Assembly (NCBI GenBank): GCA_002423545.1
Contig: DIWP01000002.1
Coordinates: forward strand, 5,329 to 29,328
From: Thermoleophilia bacterium UBA6103
GTDB lineage: Bacteria > Actinomycetota > Thermoleophilia > UBA2241
Direction: 5' to 3'
DNA length: 24,000 bases
The notes under the pieces were generated by a model. The model did not search any database. It worked only from the letters and a program-made list of their open reading frames with translations, and had not been told where the DNA came from. Position numbers and translations under genes: made by a program. Positions 1 through 6,749 of the stretch are shown piece by piece. The first letter of the stretch is position 1, and each line of letters starts with the position of its first letter.

Positions 1-134
1 CGGGTGTGGATGCCGACGATGGAGAGCGATGGCTCACAGGGATTCTTCTCGAGGATCTCGTGGGCCATCCGGGTGAGCGTGCGGGTGATCTGCTCCGCGT
101 CCATGATGGCGACCTCGTCGACGTGGCCGCTCAT
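1..134 (-). CDS. pyrR: PyrR, bifunctional pyr-operon regulator / uracil phosphoribosyltransferase. Only the first 44 codons are present; the gene runs off the left edge.
   Basis: Hand translation from ATG 134..132 gives MSGHVDEVAIMDAEQITRTLTRMAHEILEKNPCEPSLSIVGIHT. This matches the conserved PyrR N-terminus (..ILD...I.R.L.R.AHEI.E.N....LVGI.TRG). GGAGG lies at 149..145. The ORF is absent from the track because there is no stop codon in the window. Its position after rluD matches Bacillus. Confidence 0.8.
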   Translation of the reverse strand, partial: MSGHVDEVAIMDAEQITRTLTRMAHEILEKNPCEPSLSIVGIHT

Positions 135-137
135 AAG

Positions 138-182
138 AACGACGCCTCCGTCGACGAAGATGTGCAGGACGGCAGCGTCGTC
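138..182 (-). promoter_or_regulatory. Hairpin in the pyrR leader that sequesters the SD; candidate attenuator or sequestor.
   Basis: The minus-strand RNA reads GACGACGC-UG-CCGUC[CUGCACAUCUUCGUC]GACGG-AG-GCGUCGUU. That is about 13 bp of pairing, and the 3' arm contains the pyrR SD (GGAGG, 149..145). It is followed by CUUAUG, where AUG is the pyrR start. Confidence 0.5.
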
Positions 183-191
183 ATACGACCA

Positions 192-225
192 CCCCTTCCG
201 GTCTCGCTGGACACACTTAAAGGAC
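192..225 (-). promoter_or_regulatory. PyrR-binding RNA motif (pyr leader binding loop).
   Basis: The minus-strand RNA GUCCUUUAAGUGUGUCCAGCGAGACCGGAAGGGG carries the UUUAA ... GUCCAG.GAG ... AAGG signature of PyrR binding loops in Bacillus-type pyr leaders. It sits directly upstream of pyrR, in an AT-richer patch of a GC-rich genome. Confidence 0.7.
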
Positions 226-264
226 ATCGGGTCGCGCGGACTGTACAGCGGCGGACGACGCCCG

Positions 265-1164
265 TCAAGGAGCCGGAAGACCGTCCAGGAAGCGGCGCAG
301 ATCGTCCGGCAGCGGCGCCTCGAAGGTCAGCTCGCGGCCGGGATCGGACGGGTGTGGGAACGAGAGGCGGCGGGCGTGCAGGAACTGTCGCGCCAGGCCG
401 GCCGGCCGCGGCCGGCGGCCGTAGACCACGTCACCGGCCACCGGATAGCCGAGAGCCGCCATATGGACGCGGATCTGATGCGTGCGGCCGGTCTCGAGCC
501 GTACATCGAGCAGCGTGTAGCCGCAGAGACGACGGCTCACCGCGAAATGGGTCACCGCGCGCCGCGGCTCCGCCGTGTGGATGCTGATGCGCGTGCGGTC
601 GCGCACGTGACGCCCGATGGGGGCGTCGATGGTGCCCCGGTCCTGCGGCATGCCGCCCACCACGAGCGCCGTGTACTCGCGTCGGATGCGGCGCTCGCTC
701 ATCGCCGCAACGAGCGCCTGGTACGCAGCCTCCGTGCGGGCCACCACGAGCAGGCCCGAGGTGTCCTTGTCGAGACGGTGGACCACGCCGGGCCGCAGGT
801 GATGCCCGCCGGCGGGCCGGTGTTCCAGCAGCGCATTGACCAGTGTTCCGCCCCTATGTCCGGCCGCCGGGTGCACCACCAGGCCGGGCGGCTTGTCGAC
901 CACCAGCAGCGCCTCGTCCTCGTACACGATGGTCACGTCGATCGCCTCGGCGGTGAGCGTCACGTCCTGCGGCGGCGGGGGCGTGAAGCTCACGGTCATG
1001 CCCGTCCGCACGATCGCATGTTTGTCGAGCTGTCTGCCGTCGACGCTCACTGCTTTGGCGACGATCAGGCGCTGGGCGGCGGCGCGGGAGATGCCGGCGC
1101 CGTGGGCGAGAGCGATGTCGAGCCGCGCGCCGTCGTCGTCCGGTCCTATCGTGAACTCCGGCAT
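265..1164 (-). CDS. rluD: 23S rRNA pseudouridine synthase, RluA/RluD family.
   Basis: 299 aa. It has an N-terminal S4-like segment (RLDIALA..ISRAAAQRLI) and the catalytic core HRLDKDTSGLLVVAR. The ATG at 1164 abuts the lspA stop (TGAATG). Confidence 0.95.
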   Translation of the reverse strand: MPEFTIGPDDDGARLDIALAHGAGISRAAAQRLIVAKAVSVDGRQLDKHAIVRTGMTVSFTPPPPQDVTLTAEAIDVTIVYEDEALLVVDKPPGLVVHPAAGHRGGTLVNALLEHRPAGGHHLRPGVVHRLDKDTSGLLVVARTEAAYQALVAAMSERRIRREYTALVVGGMPQDRGTIDAPIGRHVRDRTRISIHTAEPRRAVTHFAVSRRLCGYTLLDVRLETGRTHQIRVHMAALGYPVAGDVVYGRRPRPAGLARQFLHARRLSFPHPSDPGRELTFEAPLPDDLRRFLDGLPAP

Positions 1165-1659
1165 TCAGCCATCCGGGAGCTGTGGACCGCCGCCGTCGTC
1201 GGGTCGCGGCGCGTGCGGCGCCCGGCGCACGACGGTGAGGACCATCAGGCATGCTCCGACGACGATCGCCGCGTCGGCGATGTTCCAGCGCGGCCACCAG
1301 TAGACGGCGATGAAGTCGACCACGCTGCCGTCGGCGTGCAAACGGTCGATCAGGTTCCCGAGGCTGCCCCCGAGCAGGATGGCCAGAGGCATGGAGTAGA
1401 CCCGCGGCAACACGAGGAACAGCACGAGCAGGGCGACCACCACCGCGGCCACGCCGGCGATGACGAACCCACTCCCGGTGAAGAGGCTGAAGGACACACC
1501 GGTGTTGCGCACCAGCTCGATGCGCAGACCGCCGGCGACCGTGTACGGAAGCCTGTCCGCGAACGCCAGGACGACGGCCTTGGACGCCTGATCGGCGATG
1601 ACGATGCCCAGCGCCACCAGCACGGTCAGCAGCGGCGGACGCCTCACGGTCACCCGCAC
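1165..1659 (-). CDS. lspA: Lipoprotein signal peptidase (signal peptidase II).
   Basis: 164 aa with four hydrophobic segments and the LspA motifs NTGVSFSLF and NLIDRL...VVDFIAV..WP.WNIAD. The start is a GTG, and nearby in-frame GTGs are possible alternatives. Confidence 0.93.
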   Translation of the reverse strand: MRVTVRRPPLLTVLVALGIVIADQASKAVVLAFADRLPYTVAGGLRIELVRNTGVSFSLFTGSGFVIAGVAAVVVALLVLFLVLPRVYSMPLAILLGGSLGNLIDRLHADGSVVDFIAVYWWPRWNIADAAIVVGACLMVLTVVRRAPHAPRPDDGGGPQLPDG

Positions 1660-1967
1660 GAGGCGAAGCCTTCCAGGACGTCGGAGAGGGTGGCACCATG
1701 GATGCGCACGCTCTTGCGGCGCGAGTGTCGTCCGGCGGTCACCTGCACGTCGGCACGCCGTACACCGGCGCAGCCGGCGACGAAGCGGATCACCTCAGCG
1801 TTGGCGAGGCCTTCACGGGCCGGCGCCGCGACCCGCAGGCGGAGAGCTCCGTCGCGCTCGCCGTCGAGGCCGGTCCGTCGCGCGCCGGGGACCACCCAGA
1901 GGCTGAGCGTCACGCCGTCCCGACCGCTGCGGGCCCAGGCCGGCTCACCACTTGAACTCTTTGCCAC
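1650..1967 (-). CDS. yggU: DUF167 / YggU-family protein.
   Basis: The C-terminal roughly 90 aa (RDGVTLSLWVVPGARRTGLDGERDGALRLRVAAPAREGLANAEVIRFVAG..VRRADVQVTAGRHSRRKSVRI.G) match the YggU pattern (PKA.R..I.G...D.LKV.I.APP.DG.AN..L..FL......V.I..G..SR.K.I.I). The track start at 2069 overlaps divIVA by 125 nt and is unlikely. Candidate starts are GTG 1967, ATG 1985 and GTG 1913. Confidence 0.75.
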   Translation of the reverse strand: MAKSSSGEPAWARSGRDGVTLSLWVVPGARRTGLDGERDGALRLRVAAPAREGLANAEVIRFVAGCAGVRRADVQVTAGRHSRRKSVRIHGATLSDVLEGFASCG

Positions 1968-2952
1968 CGATCCGGTCGTCGACATCGGCGAAGAAGTCGT
2001 CCTCTTCTTCCTCAGGCTGGAGGCGGCGCACCTCCGGCTCGTCGAGGACGGCGGTGTCTTCAGCTTCATCGGCCGCAGCGGTCGGCGGCGGCCCGGCGGC
2101 AGCCGGAGGCGCTGCCGCCGGCGGCGAGGGCCGTGTCTCGGGCGTCGGTCGGCTCGGCGGCGTACCTCCCGGCGGCGAGACCGCCGACGGGGCGGTGGGG
2201 CCGGCCGGCGCAGTATCCGGCCGGGCGGCGGGTGCCATGGGGTCCACGGTGGGTGCGCCGCGGCCGTCGGTCTCGCCGGCCGGCGAGACCCGGGCCTCTG
2301 GACCGGGGGCGGATGGGGCCGGTCCCGGTCCCTTGGAAGGCTGCAAGGGGGCCTCGACTCTCGGTGCTGGCGGCGGCGCCGCGGCGGCTTCAGCGGCCGG
2401 CCCTGTCGGGCCCGGAGTCGGCTGCGACGGGCGCTGCCCGCTCTCGCTGATGGCGTCGCGCAGGGCGCGCGCCTGGCGCTCGAACTCGCCGGCCTTCTCG
2501 CGCGCCCCGGCTTCAGCGGCCGTCAGCTGCTTCAGGTAGCCCTCGAGAAGGGCGCGGAACTTGAAGCGGAAGTCTGCTTCGGCGTTCCGCAGCATGACGA
2601 TCTCGCGTTCGACGCTCTGCTTGGCACTATACGCTTCGCTGAGCGTGTCACGAGCCTTGACCTCCGCGTCGCGGAGTACGAGCTGCGCCTCGCGTTGTGC
2701 CGCAGCGCGCTGTTCCTCAGCGTTCTGTTGGGCCGAGACGAGCGTCTTCTGCAGCGTCCCCTCGATGCTGCGGTAGTGGTCGAGCTGAGCCTGGATGGAG
2801 TCGAGGCGCTCGCTGAACTCGAGGTTCTCCTTGAAGACGCGCTCGAACTCGTCGGCGACCCCGTCGAGGAACTCGTCGACCTCGGCATCGGCGTAGCCAC
2901 GCATGCCGCGATGGAACTCCTTGTGCCGTATGTCGAGCGGTGTGAGCTTCAT
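1945..2952 (-). CDS. divIVA: DivIVA-family cell division / polarity protein with a long Pro/Ala-rich C-terminal extension.
   Basis: The N-terminus MKLTPLDIRHKEFHRGMRGYADAEVDEFLDGVADEFE is the canonical DivIVA lipid-binding domain and is followed by a coiled coil. GGGAGG lies 6 nt upstream of ATG 2952. Confidence 0.9.
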   Translation of the reverse strand: MKLTPLDIRHKEFHRGMRGYADAEVDEFLDGVADEFERVFKENLEFSERLDSIQAQLDHYRSIEGTLQKTLVSAQQNAEEQRAAAQREAQLVLRDAEVKARDTLSEAYSAKQSVEREIVMLRNAEADFRFKFRALLEGYLKQLTAAEAGAREKAGEFERQARALRDAISESGQRPSQPTPGPTGPAAEAAAAPPPAPRVEAPLQPSKGPGPAPSAPGPEARVSPAGETDGRGAPTVDPMAPAARPDTAPAGPTAPSAVSPPGGTPPSRPTPETRPSPPAAAPPAAAGPPPTAAADEAEDTAVLDEPEVRRLQPEEEEDDFFADVDDRIGGKEFKW

Positions 2953-2990
2953 GGCCGGCCTCCCGACGTGTCAGAAACGGAGACGCATGC

Positions 2991-3016
2991 CGGCCGGCCG
3001 TTCTTGCGGCCGGTCG
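2991..3016 (-). other. GC-rich hairpin in the proC-divIVA spacer; possibly a weak terminator or an RNA processing/stability element.
   Basis: CGGCCGGCCG-UUCUUG-CGGCCGGUCG forms a 9-10 bp stem with a 6-nt loop. On the minus strand no U-tract follows directly; UUUCU appears only about 17 nt later. Confidence 0.25.
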
Positions 3017-3110
3017 GTCGCGCCGTCAGCGCCACTCCATGGTAAAGCACGTGGCGGCACGCGTGAAGCGCCGCCGGAGGGCCTTCGCCGCCGGTCGGTG
3101 GGCAGCGCGG

Positions 3111-3902
3111 TCATCCCGTGCCGCGTCCCCGTGCCACGGCGGCCCGGACGGCCGCCATGAGGGCCGGGCGCAGGCGGGCCAGCTCCAGCTGCTCGATGCC
3201 GGCGATGGTCATGCCACCGGGCGTGGAGACGGCACGCCGCACGCCGCCCGTGTCTTCTGACCGCCGGACCAGCTCCACGGTGCCGGCGACGGCTCCCAGG
3301 GCCAGGTCGGCGGCCGTCTGCCAGTCGAGTCCCACTGCGACGCCTGCTTCTTCGAAGGCCTCGATGAAGAGCGCCGCGAAGCCGGGGCCACAGGCCGCGA
3401 CGACTGTCGCCTCGTCAAAGAGATGCTCCGGGACGTCGGTCACTTCGCCCAGCACGCCGAACACGGCGCGGACGTCGGCGGCGGTCTCACCGAGCGTGCC
3501 GTCTGCCCAGACGAGCAGGCCGCACCCCTGCGCCACCGCAACATTGGGGATCACACGACCGAGCGGCGTGCCCTCCGGCAGCCAGCCGAGCAATGTCGGG
3601 ATGGTGACCGTGGCCGCCAGCGAGACCACCGGGCGGCCGCCGAGATGCGCCGCCACGCCGGTCAGCGCCGCCTGCACCTCGACCGGTCGCACGGCGACGA
3701 CAAGGAGGTCGGTCGCCGCGACGAGCGCCTCAGGCGAGTCGACGACTGTGGCTCCGGTGAGGCCGGCAAGATGCGCCGCCGCCTCGGGCCGGACGTCATA
3801 GCCCCACACCGACGGGCGCAGCCGATCGGGGACGTCGGGCCGCGACCATCCCTCGGCGAGGGCCGTGGCGATGTGTCCGCAACCGAGCAGGCCGACGTTC
3901 AT
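3111..3902 (-). CDS. proC: Pyrroline-5-carboxylate reductase.
   Basis: 263 aa with an N-terminal Rossmann motif (VGLLGCGHIATALA) and the C-terminal STPGGMTIAGIEQLE motif typical of ProC. GAGG lies 6 nt upstream of the ATG. Confidence 0.9.
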   Translation of the reverse strand: MNVGLLGCGHIATALAEGWSRPDVPDRLRPSVWGYDVRPEAAAHLAGLTGATVVDSPEALVAATDLLVVAVRPVEVQAALTGVAAHLGGRPVVSLAATVTIPTLLGWLPEGTPLGRVIPNVAVAQGCGLLVWADGTLGETAADVRAVFGVLGEVTDVPEHLFDEATVVAACGPGFAALFIEAFEEAGVAVGLDWQTAADLALGAVAGTVELVRRSEDTGGVRRAVSTPGGMTIAGIEQLELARLRPALMAAVRAAVARGRGTG

Positions 3903-3926
3903 GGCAGACCTCGCGTGCGTACGATC

Positions 3927-4454
3927 TCAGAACTGATTGAAGAAGCCCTTCTCGATGAGACGGGCCTTCTCTTCTGCGGAGACCTCGACGTTACGCGGCG
4001 TGAGCATGAAGATCTTGTCGCCGACCCGCTGCATGCCGCCGTCCATGGCGTAGGTGAGGCCGCTGCAGAAATCGATGATGCGCTTCGCCAGGTCTGTGTC
4101 CGAGGTCTGCAGATTGACGATGACCGGCACATCGACCTTGAACTTGTCGGCGATCTGCTGCGCATCGTTGAAGTTCTTGGGCACGACCAGATGGACCTCG
4201 ACGCGACTCTGGCGGAGCGGCTCCACGGACTGGACGACCCGCGGTGCCGGACGGGCGGCCTCTTCCGCGAAGATCTCGTCGTAGTCGCTGCGACCGCGGC
4301 CGGGACGCTGGAGCTTACGCACGTTCGGCCGCTCCTGATAGGAGCGCTCCAGCTCCTGCTGCGGCGCCAGCGTCTCGTCGTCCTCTATGTAGTCCTCGTC
4401 TTCGGCGACGCCGAAGTAGACCATCATCTTGTGCCAGGAGTCTCCCAGACCCAT
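3927..4454 (-). CDS. sepF: Cell division protein SepF.
   Basis: The SepF core is present (VVPKNFNDAQQIADKFK..VPVIVNLQ...DLAKRIIDFCSGLTYAMDGGMQRVGDKIFMLTP). The N-terminus MGLGDSWHKMMVYFG resembles the SepF membrane-targeting helix. ATG 4454 is preceded by AGGAGGGG, so I prefer it to the track's GTG 4472. Confidence 0.9.
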   Translation of the reverse strand: MGLGDSWHKMMVYFGVAEDEDYIEDDETLAPQQELERSYQERPNVRKLQRPGRGRSDYDEIFAEEAARPAPRVVQSVEPLRQSRVEVHLVVPKNFNDAQQIADKFKVDVPVIVNLQTSDTDLAKRIIDFCSGLTYAMDGGMQRVGDKIFMLTPRNVEVSAEEKARLIEKGFFNQF

Positions 4455-4472
4455 CGCCCCTCCTGGGTCCAC

Positions 4473-5165
4473 CTAGAACAGGACGCTCGTGCCCAGGCGG
4501 ACTGTCGTGGCTCCTTCTCGGACCGCCACCTCGTAGTCGGCACTCGTCCCCATCGAGAGGTGCTGGAAAGTATAGCGGCCGCGCCATGCAGCGGAAAGCC
4601 GCTCTGCCAGCTCTCTGGTACGAGCGAAGTACGGTGCCGCGTGCTCGGGATCGTCGGACAACGGTGGCATGCACATCAGACCGCTGAACGAGACCCGTTC
4701 GTGACTGCTGGCTTCCGTCAGGAACCGCTCGAGATCACCCGGCGTGACGCCCGGCTTCTGCGGCTCCTCGGCGATGTTGACCTCCAACAGCACGTCGACC
4801 ATGTTCTGCGTCCGACGATCGAGTTCCTGCACGGCGCTGATGCTCGAGACGGCGTGGATGCGGCGCACACGAGGCAGAACGAGCTTCGCCTTGCGACTCT
4901 GCAGGTGACCGATGAAGTCCCAGGTGAAGAGATCGGCGAAGCGATCGTGCTTGGCGACCAGGTCCTGGGCGCGGCTCTCGCCGACGAGCTGCACGCCTGC
5001 CGCAGCCAGGGCCGGCATGTCCTCCAGCGCCACGTACTTGGTCGCGATGAGCAGCTCCACCTCGGAGGCGGACCGGCCAGACTCTGCCGCAGCGGCCTCG
5101 ATCCGCCCACGTACAACGTCGAGTCGGGCGGAGATCGTGCCTGCGTCGCCTACGAACTGCCGCAT
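4473..5165 (-). CDS. yggS: YggS/YlmE-family PLP homeostasis protein.
   Basis: 230 aa with the motifs LLIATKYV (PLP-binding Lys), WDFIGHLQSRKAK and LSMGTSADYEVAV..GATTVRLGT. GAGGAGG lies upstream of ATG 5165. Confidence 0.93.
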   Translation of the reverse strand: MRQFVGDAGTISARLDVVRGRIEAAAAESGRSASEVELLIATKYVALEDMPALAAAGVQLVGESRAQDLVAKHDRFADLFTWDFIGHLQSRKAKLVLPRVRRIHAVSSISAVQELDRRTQNMVDVLLEVNIAEEPQKPGVTPGDLERFLTEASSHERVSFSGLMCMPPLSDDPEHAAPYFARTRELAERLSAAWRGRYTFQHLSMGTSADYEVAVREGATTVRLGTSVLF

Positions 5166-5229
5166 CGGATCGGCCTCCTCTCCCCCGTCTGGTGCCCCTG
5201 CTCCCGCCTGAGTCTACGCTGCAGCCCCC

Positions 5230-6105
5230 TCAGCTGTCGTCCGCGTCCCCGTCCGCGGCCGCCTTGATCCACACGATGCCCGCTTGACGGCCGCTGCGTC
5301 CGGCGTCCCGGCGATGCGAGAAGAAGCGCTCGTCGCACGACGTGCAGGCGCGTGCGAGCGTGACCGCGCTCTCGGCGACGCCGGCGTCCGTCAACTGCCG
5401 GACGGCCGCCCCCCAGAGGTCGACCCGGCCGTCATGCCAGGTGCCGGGGTACTGCCGCTCGAAGGCGCGGCCGACGTCCTCCCCCACCGCGAAGCAGCAA
5501 GGTCCTATGCTGGGGCCCACGACGGCGGCGACGATCGAGCCGTGGCGCCGCAGGAGCTCCACTCCACGCTCGAGGATGCCGGCCAGCAGACCGCGCCAGC
5601 CGGCGTGCAGGGCAGCCACCCGGAGGGTGCCATCCCGTCCGGCGGCGGCGACGACGACGGGGACGCAGTCGGCCACGGCGACCATCAACGGCAGACCGGG
5701 CTCGCCGGTCAGCAGGCCGTCGACGTCGGCGAGGGCATGCCGCTGGTCGGCGGCGCCGCGGCCGCGGTCGGCGGCGCCGACCGACGCGATCCCGGTCCCG
5801 TGGACCTGGCGGCCGACGACCAGGGCTGCGGCATCGAAGCCGGTCACCGCCGCCAGTCGCCGGCGGTTCTCGGTGACCCTCTCCGGCAGGTCGCCGACCG
5901 CGTAGCTGAGGTCCAGAGTCGCGAACGGTCCCCGCGAGACGCCGCCGTGACGCGTGGAGAACACCGCCCGCCAGCCGTCCCCGCCGGCCTCCAGCCACTC
6001 GACGCCCTCGTGAGCTCGGGCGCGCAGGCCGGTCACAGGGACGGCCTCGCGCCCAAGCTCCGCCGGCGCCGCTGCGGCGCGGCCGGTCTGCGGCCGGTCG
6101 TTCAT
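5230..6105 (-). CDS. pgeF: PgeF/YfiH-family (DUF152, LACC1-like) purine nucleoside enzyme / peptidoglycan editing factor.
   Basis: Conserved FSTRHGGVS, QVHG, ADCVPVV and HAGWRG motifs. ATG 6105 overlaps the stop of the upstream gene as ATGA. The track ORF's further 140 codons, up to 6525, lie inside the M50 gene in another frame. Confidence 0.9.
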   Translation of the reverse strand: MNDRPQTGRAAAAPAELGREAVPVTGLRARAHEGVEWLEAGGDGWRAVFSTRHGGVSRGPFATLDLSYAVGDLPERVTENRRRLAAVTGFDAAALVVGRQVHGTGIASVGAADRGRGAADQRHALADVDGLLTGEPGLPLMVAVADCVPVVVAAAGRDGTLRVAALHAGWRGLLAGILERGVELLRRHGSIVAAVVGPSIGPCCFAVGEDVGRAFERQYPGTWHDGRVDLWGAAVRQLTDAGVAESAVTLARACTSCDERFFSHRRDAGRSGRQAGIVWIKAAADGDADDS

Positions 6106-6749
6106 CGCGCCACGCCGGGCAGGAGGATGTCGGCGGCGGCGGTGATCGGTGGTCCGAAGACCGCCCCCAGTATCTCGGGGCGCAGCACGATGAGCGCCAG
6201 GAAGATGAAGAACACGTACTGCTCGTAGGAGGCGAAGCGCGACAGGGTCGCCCGGTGCCGTACCGGCAGTAGTCCGGTCAGCGCTCGCCAGCCGTCGAGC
6301 GGCGGGATCGGGAGGATGTTCAGGATGGCGAGGGTCATGTTCAGGTAGAACGCGATCGCCACCGCCTGGGCGCCGGCGACCCACACCCCGGCGAGCGCCC
6401 AGCTGAGAGCACCGGCGAGCGCCGCCAGCGCAAGGTTCGACGCGGGGCCGGAGACCGCCACCAGCGTCTCGCCCCAGCGCCGCGACGCCAGCTGCCGCGG
6501 GTCGATCGGCACCGGGCGCGCCCACCCGAAGAAGAACGACCCCTGCGAGACGGCGAAGGTCACCACGAGCATGGCGGTGCCCCAGATGTCGAGGTGCGCC
6601 AGCGGGTTGAGCGTCAGCCGTCCGGCCGCTCGCGCCGTGCCGTCGCCGAGCCGGTCGGCCGACCAGGCGTGCGCCATCTCGTGGACGCTCAGGCTCAGAA
6701 GCAGCAGCGGCAGCATGACGACGAACGAGACGATCAGCTCGCGACTCAC
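6102..6749 (-). CDS. Site-2-protease-type integral membrane zinc metalloprotease (peptidase M50 family, short form without PDZ or CBS domains).
   Basis: 215 aa and multi-pass hydrophobic. HEMAH lies in the first transmembrane segment (residues 23-27). The second ligand motif is NILPIPPLDG. GTG 6749 overlaps the upstream stop as GTGA. Confidence 0.85.
   Translation of the reverse strand: MSRELIVSFVVMLPLLLLSLSVHEMAHAWSADRLGDGTARAAGRLTLNPLAHLDIWGTAMLVVTFAVSQGSFFFGWARPVPIDPRQLASRRWGETLVAVSGPASNLALAALAGALSWALAGVWVAGAQAVAIAFYLNMTLAILNILPIPPLDGWRALTGLLPVRHRATLSRFASYEQYVFFIFLALIVLRPEILGAVFGPPITAAADILLPGVAR

Noticed and set aside
135-227. An in-frame ATG at 227 would extend pyrR by 31 codons (MSFKCVQRDRKGWSYDDAAVLHIFVDGGVVL...).
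   Set aside because: The extension has no PyrR homology and coincides exactly with the PyrR-binding RNA motif and the SD-containing hairpin. ATG 134 has a GGAGG upstream and opens at the normal PyrR N-terminus.
1990-2440. Repetitive-looking GC-rich DNA (GCC/GGC/CCG runs), checked as a possible tandem repeat or CRISPR-like array.
   Set aside because: There is no regular repeat-spacer periodicity. It is the coding sequence for the Pro/Ala-rich linker of DivIVA.
4-3045. A 1013-aa plus-strand ORF spanning the first 3 kb.
   Set aside because: It runs antisense to five minus-strand genes that have clear family motifs (pyrR, rluD, lspA, yggU, divIVA). Its translation is Arg/Ala/Gly/Pro low-complexity sequence with no recognisable domain. 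This is a typical stop-poor shadow frame in GC-rich DNA.
3423-5267. A 614-aa plus-strand ORF. Similar long plus-strand ORFs lie at 7238-8920, 8933-9910, 9870-11111, 11475-13247, 12689-14221, 15359-17137, 16575-18125, 17134-18147, 18797-20149 and 21186-22283.
   Set aside because: All lie antisense to strongly supported minus-strand genes, have Arg/Gly/Asp/His-rich compositions and carry no motifs. I treat them as shadow ORFs.
6106-6525. A 140-codon 5' extension of the pgeF ORF in the track.
   Set aside because: It overlaps the M50 protease gene in another frame and is Arg/Pro/Gly-rich. The conserved PgeF sequence begins shortly after ATG 6105, which forms an ATGA overlap with the M50 stop.
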